Source: Hormiphora californensis (Eukaryota; Animalia; Ctenophora). Taken from it: a stretch of 64,000 bases of DNA. Under the pieces are notes generated by a model. The model did no database searches and was not told where the DNA came from. It was given only the letters and a program-made list of their open reading frames with translations. The position numbers and the translations under genes were made by a program. The DNA is taken from assembly GCA_020137815.1 (NCBI GenBank), contig CM035358.1, forward strand, positions 8,060,250 to 8,124,249. The letters run 5' to 3'. Below are positions 26,466-37,918 of the stretch, in pieces. Positions within the stretch are counted from its first letter, which is position 1. Each line of letters opens with the position of its first letter.

Positions 26466-26906
26466 TCCTGACAACATTTCACCACCACATCCACCATTAC
26501 CACTAACTCAGATATAACTCAGATATAATTTGGCAAATCGCATCCCTCTGTATCTGCCTCTCTCTTTCTCATTCTGGGGCCATTACTGCCATTTGTTCTA
26601 GTTAGTACAAGCGACCAAGCAAATAATCAAGCGGCGGAGGGGTCGTCACCTTTTATTTTGTCTACTTATATCTACTGCACTGCTAAGTAGACAAATACTT
26701 ACAGACTTAGCACTTTCAAATTTTCAGCGCTAAATTGAAATCTTGTTTTTGTCCTACTTGTGCAGTTTCAGATATCAAATAAGTCAACAAAACCATGATA
26801 TATTTGAGATTTCTATCGTTATATAATATTAGAAATTCATTACATACTTCACTTCAGGTTTTGTCTACTTTTGGTCAAATAAAGTTGACGCCCCCCCCCC
26901 CCCCCC

Positions 26907-27057
26907 CAAACAAACAAACAAACAAACAAACAAACAAACAAACAAACAAACAAACAAACAAACAAACAAACAAACAAACAAACAAACAAACAAACAAACA
27001 AACAAACAAACAAACAAACAAACAAACAAACAAACAAACAAACAAACAAACAAACAA
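26907..27057. repeat. (CAAA)n microsatellite preceded by poly-C
   Basis: Directly visible. Confidence 0.98.
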
Positions 27058-27065
27058 TCCCCTAC

Positions 27066-27128
27066 CTTCAGTACAATCTTCTTCATCTCCTCATCAGGAG
27101 ACTGGAACTCTCGTATCAAGATCAACAT
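27066..27128 (-). pseudogene. SF3B1: Orphan exon fragment of splicing factor SF3B1
   Basis: MLILIREFQSPDEEMKKIVLK matches the highly conserved SF3B1 HEAT-repeat segment as recalled; followed by donor aag/gtaggg; no other SF3B1 exon seen. Confidence 0.8.
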
Positions 27129-27842
27129 TTTATCACTCAACAGTTTTTGAATTTTTGCTTTATATACCAGGGTAGGGGGACAATGCTTGGTAATGGCACA
27201 TCAGAAAAAAACATAAATATACCTAAATTATAATGCTAAAGATAACAGAAATTAGTTGGCTAAAAAGGTAAAACGCCCCCCCCCCCCTGGTGAACCATTT
27301 TGTTTTGAAACTGACATCTTTGCCCCGCCTTGTTCGACCCTCTCTCCACATACCCAAATAAAATGGGTTTGAACAAGAATAAGCTCCGCCAGGGGCATCA
27401 GCGATGAGATAAATAAAGGAGAGAGATAGAATGACGCATTTTTACAGATCCGTGTTAAAATTGTATACAGTCGGACCCCAACTTGTGTCACATATCTATA
27501 AAACACTGGACCTTTATACCTTTATAAATCTTCATAATATTTTATAATACATTTTCAATTTGGTGTTCTACTGTTCTTTGATGGACAGATCGAGACTACA
27601 GAGACTACGGCAAAGTTAAATTAATTTCGTCCCGTGCTCCAAAGTCAACTAGGTATATCCTTGGTATATCCTTGGTAATGAAATTACCCCTCCGCTATAT
27701 ATACAATATAATAACAGGGGTGACTTCGTAACCAAGTAATATCCTATTACGGTCCGGTTATAGTTTGGATCCTGACACCAGGTTCCCCGTTCCAAATGGG
27801 AGAGTCCTGATGAACCACGCTGCGCTTTATATGTTTATCTCT

Positions 27843-28067
27843 CAGTGGTCATCCGACATAATTGCCACATCTCGACGTGAACTTCGACGTGGAATTCGAC
27901 GAGAAATAGCAGGTGTTTGTAGTTATGAACGCCTGCTGTGCGCGGCACATTGGTACGTGCGGCATGGGCAGCAGGCGTTCATAACTACAAACGCCTGCTA
28001 TTCCTCGTCGAATTCCACGTCGAAGTTCACGTCGAGATGTGGCAATTTAAATGTCGGATGACCACTG
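27843..28067. mobile_element. Palindromic MITE with CAGTGG termini
   Basis: cagtggtcatccgacat...gaacgcctgctg mirrored by cagcaggcgttc...atgtcggatgaccactg. Confidence 0.85.
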
Positions 28068-28475
28068 TCTGTGATTATTATTTAAATTATTAAAATTCTA
28101 CTCTCATTTTTTTACGCTACTCCTATTTTAAGGGTTCTTATGGCTTCAGGCTGAAATCACCCTGTAACCAATTAGGCCCAATTAAGTCAAGTTCTCCATC
28201 GCCGATTTTGCAACAAACTCAGGGGGTGTTTCTAGGGACCCTATACAGTACCCTAGAACCGGGGGCACGCATTTATTTAGAAGAGAGGGTCAAACAATTT
28301 ATGCAAATGGACAATTCTGTAGATATAGAATCGTTCATTTGCATTTGTTAAGTTAAGAGAAAGACACCTCTCAGTCCGTTTCAGCTGCCAAGATTTGCCT
28401 TGTTCGACCCTCCCTGTCCATGCTCCTTGTATCAATTTGCTACATAATTTTAATAACAGTGTACTATGTAGGAAA

Positions 28476-31400
28476 ATGTCTCCTATCATAATTGGACTCG
28501 TGCTCTTTTCAACAGTCACCCAGAGTCGCCCTGAATCGGTGAATCTTACCACCACAGCTGTTGGATCCCTCCGGTTTCAGGGGACCGAGAATCCCATCAC
28601 TCCAGTTATTGACAGTTTAGTACGCACCTCGGTGAGCTCTTTGCAAAGAGAACGTACTACCCGAGATGCTGATGATGAAGACGGAGAACTTTGTCCCATC
28701 ATTGATGATAATGGGTTCCTAGCCCGCATTTGTAAGAAGGGGCGAAATTGGGACGACGGTGTCTTTCAATGTATCACCTCACCCGATGTGACCTATACAA
28801 AATGGACTGAATATGTCGGTAGAACACGTACGTATACAATCAATTTTTCTACACGCTGCCCAAATGATACCGCTATGTATCAAGCGTGCGGGAAGTTGAC
28901 TGTAACACATTTTCTTGGCGTGGGTTTTGTCAAAATGTTTGATCAGCCGCCCGCTTGTGGGTTTGTCTGTCGAGATGGCTTTAAAAGTTCCTTTGTTCGT
29001 GAGGATAAACACGCGTGTAGCGATGAAAAGTTGGGCACAATGCTACATCCGCTCACTCTACAAAATGGAAGTGTCGTTAAAGTCACCTTAAAATCTGGAG
29101 GCGTTTGTGATGGGATATGTGATGATATCTGGATAGGCAGTAAACTCACACCGATGCCCAAATTGGCGTGCGTCGAAGAGAGGGATTGCGGCGGCGGAAT
29201 CGTCTACGGATCCATTTCTAACGATCTGGTCTTCATGCCCTTCCAAGGGATGCCAGAAGAAGAAACCCCTCCTCCTTGGAACCCAGATGCACCACTTTGC
29301 CGAGCAACATCGTTTAGTTTTTCGTATGGTGGCGCTAGCAACAACTTCCCCTTGTATAACGGTTCAAGGTGCTTCATAACGATTAAAGGTCGAAATGACG
29401 ATGCCTTCTCTGTTCGGAGATCGGCCTACTGTTTGAATGTGGGAATGGACCAAACTAACTGCACCGATCCAGCCAAGGTTGGGGGTAGCTGTCTGGTGAG
29501 CGGTTATCCCAGCACAATTTCCATCTATGTGATCTGTAGTGACAATACGTCTCCACAGTTGTGTGATGATGGGATAGAGTTGAAGTGTGTCTGGATTGGT
29601 CGACACTGTTACATTCACAAGCATAGGCTTTGTGATGGCACAGAGGATTGTGCAGGTGGTATGGATGAGGCTAAGATATGGTGTGGACCTGGAAAACTCA
29701 CAAGCCACACTTGTCAGAGACGGTTTGGGAAGTTTTCTCAAGTTCCGGTGGATTGGATCCAAGATGGAGTTATTGATTGTGAGAGCGGCGTCGATGAGAA
29801 AAGTGATTGGGAAAAGTGCGGCAATGGCACCACTCTGAGGATAAAAGTGGATACGGCACCATGCTCTAATGTGTTTTTGTGTCATGGCAAAAACTTAGAG
29901 TTCCTAGAAACTTCCACCATGTGTTCTTCGATCCAGACGTGCGACGAAGGGGCCTGTCAGAGCGCAAGACGAACGGTCAATGTGCGGAAAGCCCTTTTCC
30001 GATCTTCAACCGCTAAATCATTTGGAAATGAGTTTCTGGTTGTAAATGTATGCAACAAAGGTCTTTCGTCGGTGCTTTTCCATATGAAGGAGAATTGTTC
30101 ACTCCGAAAATTTAACAACTCATTTCATGACTTTTTCGGTAAAAACCTCACGACCGCCCTTGTGACAACCCATCGGAAGCATGACTGTAGATTCCTCTAT
30201 GGTGAGGCATATGTCTTTCACAGTTGTACTGGACAGTGTACAAATGCCGCATGCCCTTTGACCAGACCGGTACTACATAATTCCTGTCACAATCTCCGCA
30301 TTGGGGCTTACTCACTTAACACGAGGTTGAGTGTTGTGACATCAGTTTTCCGACAAAAAACAGCATTTCATAACAACGTGTTCGTGTGCAAAAACAGGAA
30401 ATGCATTCTCTTTGAGAGGGTGTGTGATCTGGTCGATGACTGCGGGGATAGGTCAGATGAGGATGCCGGGTGTGCCAACAACTTCCAATGCACTGATAAT
30501 TCCTCGTTTTTACCTCTGAGCCAGAAATGCGATGGGAAAACTGATTGTAAGGACTTTTCTGATGAGTGCAATAGTAGCTGCAGCAGAAAGGCAGTTGAGA
30601 ATCGTGTTACGGTAGTAATAGCATCAGTCATGGGAGTCTTGGGACTTTTGATAGGACTTACAGCATTCCTGAGGACATCTCTCCAAAAACTCCCGGACAA
30701 AAGTGGAGCCTTTGTGAACCACATTTTTGTGCTTACAATCTCCTTCGGAGATCTTTTCACGCCCTGCTATCTTCTCGCCTTAACAACCATGCATTTCGTG
30801 AAGGATTCTGATTTTTGTGTTCGGCGATTGGAGTGGATTAGTGGGAGGTCTTGCAACTTCATTGGTGTACTCAGCACCATCGGCGCAACAGTTTCCTCCT
30901 TAGCCATGGCGTGTATAAGTGTGTACCGGCTTTATGGAACAAGAAGAGCTCTCCATTACAGACGGTCGGGCGAAGTATCGAAGAATCTCCGACTCAAAGT
31001 CACTCTATGCCTAGTTTTCATTATGGTTATTGCTCTCGCATTTGCACTAGTGCCTCTATCGGAGGCTTTGGAAGATTGGTTTGTCAATGGACTTGTATTT
31101 CCTAAGAATATAGCGCTTTTCCTTGGCACGGTGGATAAGTCTCGGTTTTTGCAGATTTTCTATGGCTACTACGGGGTAAGGTACTCTGAACGTTCCCGAC
31201 GGAAGACCGACATTTCTTGGGCAACAATTCAGGGAATGGTTGCGGAAATGTTCTCCGCGGACTATGGGACTGTTTCTGGTAAAAAGGTCTCATTCTACGG
31301 TAACGATCCAGTTTGTATGTTCAAGTTTTTTGTCCTCTCCGATGATCCCCAAGTTATCTTTGTTTGGTTCTACATCAGCCTTCACTTTCTCTGCTTTGTG

Positions 31401-31958
31401 GCGGTAGCGGTGTGTCATATCCTAATTGTGGTACTGTCAAACAGGAGCAGAGTCCCTGGGCAGCACCGGGCCAAAAGTAGCAAACTCGGCCGCAAAGTTA
31501 CTTTGGTGTGTGTAACAGACTTTTGTTGCTGGCTGCCCTTTCTGACTTGTTGCGCCCTCCACACGGCTGAGGTTGTCGATATGTCACCTTGGTACCAGAT
31601 ATTCTCCCTCAACATCCTTCCCATCAACTCTGTACTAAATCCACTTTTGTACAGTGATATACTAAATAAAGTGTTTGATGTACTGAGACCTGCCACGGAA
31701 AGAATGGTACAATTTGTCACATCGACCTTGTTTCCTGACAAACCAGCCGAGCCAACTGATGAAACCATGCCAGCGAAAAAGACAAAAGGGCAATGTAAAG
31801 CCACCAATAACACATTGAATCGTATTGAGATGAAATTCCATAGCTGTAGTGCCATCATACCAGCTAGAGATAACATCCAAGAAACTGCCTTTAATTCAGA
31901 TATCACGACTACTGCACGGTATGATCAGATTTCACGGAGAAGGAATTCAATTTACTAA
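28476..31958 (+). CDS. Rhodopsin-family GPCR with Cys-rich, LDL-receptor class A repeat ectodomain (GRL101/LGR-like 7TM, no LRRs)
   Basis: LDLa motifs CDGTEDCAGGMDE, DGVIDCESGVDE, CDLVDDCGDRSDE, CDGKTDCKDFSDEC; seven hydrophobic segments with ISFGDL, CNFIG, TDFCCWLPF, LPINSVLNPLLY; first ATG at 28476. Confidence 0.92.
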   Translation: MSPIIIGLVLFSTVTQSRPESVNLTTTAVGSLRFQGTENPITPVIDSLVRTSVSSLQRERTTRDADDEDGELCPIIDDNGFLARICKKGRNWDDGVFQCITSPDVTYTKWTEYVGRTRTYTINFSTRCPNDTAMYQACGKLTVTHFLGVGFVKMFDQPPACGFVCRDGFKSSFVREDKHACSDEKLGTMLHPLTLQNGSVVKVTLKSGGVCDGICDDIWIGSKLTPMPKLACVEERDCGGGIVYGSISNDLVFMPFQGMPEEETPPPWNPDAPLCRATSFSFSYGGASNNFPLYNGSRCFITIKGRNDDAFSVRRSAYCLNVGMDQTNCTDPAKVGGSCLVSGYPSTISIYVICSDNTSPQLCDDGIELKCVWIGRHCYIHKHRLCDGTEDCAGGMDEAKIWCGPGKLTSHTCQRRFGKFSQVPVDWIQDGVIDCESGVDEKSDWEKCGNGTTLRIKVDTAPCSNVFLCHGKNLEFLETSTMCSSIQTCDEGACQSARRTVNVRKALFRSSTAKSFGNEFLVVNVCNKGLSSVLFHMKENCSLRKFNNSFHDFFGKNLTTALVTTHRKHDCRFLYGEAYVFHSCTGQCTNAACPLTRPVLHNSCHNLRIGAYSLNTRLSVVTSVFRQKTAFHNNVFVCKNRKCILFERVCDLVDDCGDRSDEDAGCANNFQCTDNSSFLPLSQKCDGKTDCKDFSDECNSSCSRKAVENRVTVVIASVMGVLGLLIGLTAFLRTSLQKLPDKSGAFVNHIFVLTISFGDLFTPCYLLALTTMHFVKDSDFCVRRLEWISGRSCNFIGVLSTIGATVSSLAMACISVYRLYGTRRALHYRRSGEVSKNLRLKVTLCLVFIMVIALAFALVPLSEALEDWFVNGLVFPKNIALFLGTVDKSRFLQIFYGYYGVRYSERSRRKTDISWATIQGMVAEMFSADYGTVSGKKVSFYGNDPVCMFKFFVLSDDPQVIFVWFYISLHFLCFVAVAVCHILIVVLSNRSRVPGQHRAKSSKLGRKVTLVCVTDFCCWLPFLTCCALHTAEVVDMSPWYQIFSLNILPINSVLNPLLYSDILNKVFDVLRPATERMVQFVTSTLFPDKPAEPTDETMPAKKTKGQCKATNNTLNRIEMKFHSCSAIIPARDNIQETAFNSDITTTARYDQISRRRNSIY

Positions 31959-32080
31959 AATTATTCTTAATCTGAGGAAGTATTTGAGAGCTTGTTTTTG
32001 ATCTTTAATTTCGATTTGGAATGATCGGAATCATCATGTGGGCGAAACATTTAGCTTTTTGTCTAAAATAATAATTTTCA

Positions 32081-34261
32081 ATTAATATGTCGTGATTACT
32101 GTTTAATAGCCCAAACTGGTCATTCCGAAAAATCAGATACAAACACATTAATGTGCTGCACTGTATATGAGTTACTCCAACCCTCCAGTTTCAATGCTTG
32201 TTTAACGAAGGAAGTAACCAAGCGATCCACTGGATTCGATATATCTAGGCGCATATCATATTGCCACAGTACTGATGTATTAGCACTATCTTTATATCGG
32301 ATATCTCGAACAGCAACAATCCTTGTATTTAAACAGGGTTCTTGCTTTCTAACCAGTTAGGCGTATTAAACAGGGCACATGTTATCTGCAGCGCTCACAT
32401 ATCATGATAATGAACTACATTAGCCGTAGTATTATGCACTATGCTGCAGGGACATCACACACACACACATCACCCACACACATGATATTGATCAAGCCTG
32501 AACAACAGGTTATTGAATCAATCGACCGTTCAACGGTACGAGGTGCCATCACTGATTTCGTGCAGTTGATCCGAGGATCACGAATTCAATTAATATGTCG
32601 TGATTACTGTTTAATAGCCCAAACTGGTCATTCCGAAAAATCAGATACAAACACATTAATGTGCTGCACTGTATATGAGTTACTCCAACCCTCCAGTTTC
32701 AATGCTTGTTTAACGAAGGAAGTAACCAAGCGATCCACTGGATTCGATATATCTAGGCGCATATCATATTGCCACAGTACTGATGTATTAGCACTATCTT
32801 TATATCGGATATCTCGAACAGCAACAATCCTTGTATTTAAACAGGGTTCTTGCTTTCTAACCAGTTAGGCGTATTAAACAGGGCACATGTTATCTGCAGC
32901 GCTCACATATCATGATAATGAACTACATTAGCCGTAGTATTATGCACTATGCTGCAGGGACATCACACACACACATCACCCACACACATGATATTGATCA
33001 AGCCTGAACAACAGGTTATTGAATCAATCGACCGTTCAACGGTACGAGGTGCCATCACTGATTTCGTGCAGTTGATCCGAGGATCACGAATTCAATTAAT
33101 ATGTCGTGATTACTGTTTAATAGCCCAAACTGGTCATTCCGAAAAATCAGATACAAACACATTAATGTGCTGCACTGTATATGAGTTACTCCAACCCTCC
33201 AGTTTCAATGCTTGTTTAACGAAGGAAGTAACCAAGCGATCCACTGGATTCGATATATCTAGGCGCATATCATATTGCCACAGTACTGATGTATTAGCAC
33301 TATCTTTATATCGGATATCTCGAACAGCAACAATCCTTGTATTTAAACAGGGTTCTTGCTTTTTTGTTTAAATACAAGGATTGTTGCTGTTCGAGATATC
33401 CGATATAAAGATAGTGCTAATACATCAGTACTGTGGCAATATGATATGCGCCTAGATATATCGAAACTGGAGGGTTGGAGTAACTCATATACAGTGCAGC
33501 ACATTAATGTGTTTGTATCTGATTTTTCGGAATGACCAGTTTGGGCTATTAAACAGTAATCACGACATATTAATTGAATTCGTGATCCTCGGATCAACTG
33601 CACGAAATCAGTGATGGCACCTCGTACCGTTGAACGGTCGATTGATTCAATAACCTGTTGTTCAGGCTTGATCAATATCATGTGTGTGGGTGATGTGTGT
33701 GTGTGATGTCCCTGCAGCATAGTGCATAATACTACGGCTAATGTAGTTCATTATCATGATATGTGAGCGCTGCAGATAACATGTGCCCTGTTTAATACGC
33801 CTAACTGGTTAGAAAGCAAGAACCCTGTTTAAATACAAGGATTGTTGCTGTCGAGATATCCGATATAAAGATAGTGCTAATACATCAGTACTGTGGCAAT
33901 ATGATATGCGCCTAGATATATCGAATCCAGTGGATCGCTTGGTTACTTCCTTCGTTAAACAAGCATTGAAACTGGAGGGTTGGAGTAAACTCATATACAG
34001 TGCAGCACATTAATGTGTTTGTATCTGATTTTTCGGAATGACCAGTTTGGGCTATTAAACAGTAATCACGACATATTAATTGAATTCGTGATCCTCGGAT
34101 CAACTGCACGAAATCAGTGATGGCACCTCGTACCGTTGAACGGTCGATTGATTCAATAACCTGTTGTTCAGGCTTGATCAATATCATGTGTGTGGGTGAT
34201 GTGTGTGTGTGATGTCCCTGCAGCATAGTGCATAATACTACGGCTAATGTAGTTCATTATC
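32081..34261. mobile_element. TSD-flanked insertion of tandem 506/508-bp units: ~2.5 direct + ~1.8 inverted copies
   Basis: Unit starts at 32081, 32589, 33095; orientation flips at 33350-33364; ATAATAATTTTCA at 32068-32080 and 34262-34274. Confidence 0.85.
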
Positions 34262-34704
34262 ATAATAATTTTCATCTAGCATCTGTTTATTTTAAAGAGT
34301 TCATCAAATGTAAAGCTGTAATTATGTTAGCGCTTTCTTTCCCAAATTACATGGTGTTTTTATAGTTTTTAACAATTGGTGGCCCATAGATTAATCGCCG
34401 TACCTCCAATAAATGAGCCGTACCTCCAATAAATTCCCAACCCTCCTACCTCATAGAACCAAAGAAATACAATCACTCATGATGTACCTGATCACTATCA
34501 CTCACAACTAGCGGTGCTGGTATCACTAAGTGCGTAGGGTCCCCTACTACAACTTGGCAATCATTTGTAACATACACACACAACAGACACAACAAGCTTT
34601 GAATCACAGTGTGATAGAGATCGGTATTTTGCTGTGTACATACTTTGCTCTCAATTCTCTCATCATTTCCTCTTTAGTTTGTGCTTTCGTGCTGTTAGTG
34701 TATC

Positions 34705-34872
34705 CCTGTCTGTTTCTCTCTCTCTCTCTCTCGCATCTCTCCAGCTCTCGCTCTGCAGCTCTGCCTCTCTCTCTCTCTCTCTCTCTCTCGTCGCTCGCTC
34801 TCCTCTCTCTCTCTCTCTCTCTCTCGTCTCTACTGCTCTCTCTCTCTCTCCCCCCTCTATCTCACTCTCTCT
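34705..34872. repeat. Degenerate (CT)n microsatellite
   Basis: Directly visible. Confidence 0.9.
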
Positions 34873-35872
34873 TGCCTGTTGACTTTGCGTTTACAAATTA
34901 GAGGTTTGAAACTTGTAGCGCTAACAGTATCTGTACAACAAGTATATCAATAACCACATAACATAAAGTCACTTGTTACTTGACTTGTTCAGGCAGTCTC
35001 TCGGAGAGACATCGTTCTAAGACCACACGATGGTATGGCTTAGAACAATGTAGTACAATGTAATGAGTTGCATATATAATGAGTTGTATAGTCGCAGTCT
35101 CCACTTTCCGACGAATCGCAAGTCACCTTTTAGTGTGATGTTTGTGTAATAACTGTTGCCTTACTGCCCCTTAATGTACCATAACAAAATTAATGTATTA
35201 CACAACTGTAGGACGTGGAATGTGAAGGATAAAACCCCTGAAAACCATGGACCCAGTGAACCAAGCAATGGACGTAGGATCTGGTCCGAGCAGCGAACAC
35301 CCAAACTGTGAAGATTACATTGGAACAGCAGCTGATGAGTCTTCAGGGTACCAGGAAAGCGATCCAGGGTTTCAGAAAGTAAATGAAGCATTGGAGCTTG
35401 CTGATAAGATCGAGAAGAGTTTTGATAAGTTGGCGGATATTTTGGAGGGAGTAGTTGAGTTGGATTATACGGTTAAAAGCAAGCAACTTGACAGCCCACA
35501 ATTCAAGTAAATCAAAGGAGGGGGGTTGGGGGGGGTGGGCTAGTGGGAGGGAGTAAGGGGTAGTGGGAGGGGGCTGAGGGGTTAGTGGGAGGGAGGTGCT
35601 GGGGTGAACCCAATTATAAACAGAACCATCTGGCCATGAACACATGGTTTTATTCAGAACTCTGAATCTCAAAAAATATTCCTCTTTTCTCTCTGTAGGA
35701 GGGTGGATGAGCAACTGACTCAGTACATGCTAGAACTGGATACTGTTGAATCACATGGTGTAGATAAGTGAGGCAATACCGCAAAGACATCGTGTTAAAG
35801 TATACGATAATATTGTAGAACGCCTATACTGCAATCCGCGATTAATGTAGTCTTTCAAACACTGCTAATTTA

Positions 35873-36706
35873 ATTTTAGTTTAGAGATAATATCACGCGC
35901 CCCGGCATAATTGTTAGGCACATAGGTGTATGTACTGTATTGGGATCTATGCTACAGATCCGAGACAACGGGTATCCCCCACTCCAGCCTTACACGCCCC
36001 AACCAGACAAACCACTATCCAGACGATAATGGGAGGAATCAAGGACATTATATTGAGCGGGACCCTTTTTAGATATGTTTTCTGTATCAAAATCCCTTTG
36101 AATTGATAATTTATGTTTTTATCCAGAATATTACTTTTTCTGTTGTAAATGTAATTTCTAATACAGACGCGAGTTTTTAATAGCGTATAGTATGCTTACA
36201 AGGATCCTTCAGGATACATAAGAGTAGTCAACCAGACTGCATTTCAAGATAACAAGGCTATAATTTCATAGTTGAACTGATACATAACTGTTTCCCTGCT
36301 CGAAGTCGACCCTGTTTCAGAAAATAACAATAACATTATCTATAATTGATGGTGAACTGTCTCGTTTCAGGAAGATGAGTCACTCGGTTTCACAAGGTAC
36401 ATGAAGAAGTTTGATAAGGAAAAGAACCACATGCCGCGTCTTCGGAGACGAGGTACATCATGCGTCACCTTGTTTATTAGTATACTCTTAGTCTTTTTAT
36501 ACTCTTTCCTCTTTCCCTTTTTTGAATTCAAACGACCACAATGGACGGTAATAATCTGTGAAGGTGGATATAGAATAGACGTCAGTCCATGTTTTCCAGA
36601 GGTCAATATTGGCCCAGGAGGCTGACTGGGACCGAGAGTTAGCTGATAATGAAACAGTTGGCTACAGAAATTATATGAAGAAAGTGGTGAAACAAGACGG
36701 ATAGAT
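35873..36706 (+). repeat. Copy 1 of a duplicated segment with two exon-like pieces of an unknown gene
   Basis: Aligns by eye with 37919-38785; exon-like pieces 36371-36452 and ~36600-36704. Confidence 0.7.
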
Positions 36707-36729
36707 ACAGAAAGGGTCACCACGTTCGG

Positions 36730-37820
36730 GCAGCCAAGTTGCGATCAAATGCGACTTGTGGCGCCAAATATTTGACAAAAATTTGGTCGCATATGGCCGA
36801 CATTTGGGCGCGCAAATAGGGCGACGCTTTGCGGGCCAAAGGGCGACTAACATTTGAGCAAACAAACCTGAGTTTGCGCGCATCATGTCGCATTTGGCGC
36901 TATAATTGGCGACATTTGCGCCAAATGGCGACGTTTCGGCGGGCAATTGGCGACAAATGGCGTATTGGGCGACGGGTTTGGCGCCTAATGCGACAAACAT
37001 TTGACAAAAATTGGCGCCCTATTGCGACGTTTGGCGCAATGCGACGTTTCGGCGGGCCAAGTTGTCGACAAATTGCGCCATATTGGGCGACTTTTGGCGA
37101 CAACATTTGACAAAATTTGGCGCTTATGGCGATATTTGGCGCCAATCGCCTTATATGGCGACAATCGTTTACAACATTTTGTGCGCCATATGGCGCAAAT
37201 GCAGAAACGGCTGCGGCTGATTTTGTCGATGCAAATTGCGCCAGTTGTCGGTTCCACGTGGCGGGCTGAAACGGGAGTGGTACTCCTTTGAAAACGGCAA
37301 TGAATTTTATTGATACATCGGCTAATGTCGACTAATTGCGATGTTTGGGGCTGATGAGTGATCGCCTTAAGTGGCGGCCAAATGGCGCCATATGGCTAAA
37401 AATGTCGGTCGCCGATGGCGCGATTTGGCGCCACTTTGGTGACGATGCGGGCCAACCTAGCGGCATTTTGCGACGAACGGCGCCAGATATTGCCATAAGC
37501 GGCGCCATTTGGGCGACTTGATCTCCTGATCTTTAACTGGCGCGCAATGGTCGCCATTTGCGATAGCAATTTTGCGCTATAAGTTTTTTTTCAGAAAGAC
37601 GTTGTACGCTATCGCCACGTGGCGATAACCCGCCGAAGGTCTCCATATTTGGGCGAATGGGCGCATGCCACTGGCGCCACGTGCCGCCAATTTGGTCGCC
37701 AGAATGGCGCTATTTGCGATGAGTGGTCACACTCGTCCACATTTTTGCGCAAATGGTGCCATTTATTCGGCAACGCTGGCAGCCAATTTTGGCGAATTTG
37801 TGGCGCCATTTGGCGCGTCA
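36730..37820. repeat. GC-rich internally repetitive element (TTGGCGCC/TGGCGAC motifs in both orientations)
   Basis: Dozens of ttggcg/cgccaa motifs; probable DNA-transposon subterminal array. Confidence 0.7.
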
Positions 37821-37918
37821 ACTGCTCAATCTTCATACTAAGCCGGGGTCGGGCATACATCGGCCTTAACTTGCTACGATCCTCTTCTTTCAAATGATTG
37901 TCCTATCTTGTTTTAAAA

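Noticed and set aside
26795-27175. NKQT/FVCL repeat ORFs
   Set aside because: Translation of (CAAA)n; only the SF3B1 part is meaningful.
32081-34261. Hammerhead retrozyme or CRISPR-like array
   Set aside because: No CTGANGA core on either strand; units are identical with no unique spacers.
36671-37897. Multiple overlapping W/R/A-rich ORFs
   Set aside because: They arise from a GC-rich TTGGCG repeat that lacks stop codons.
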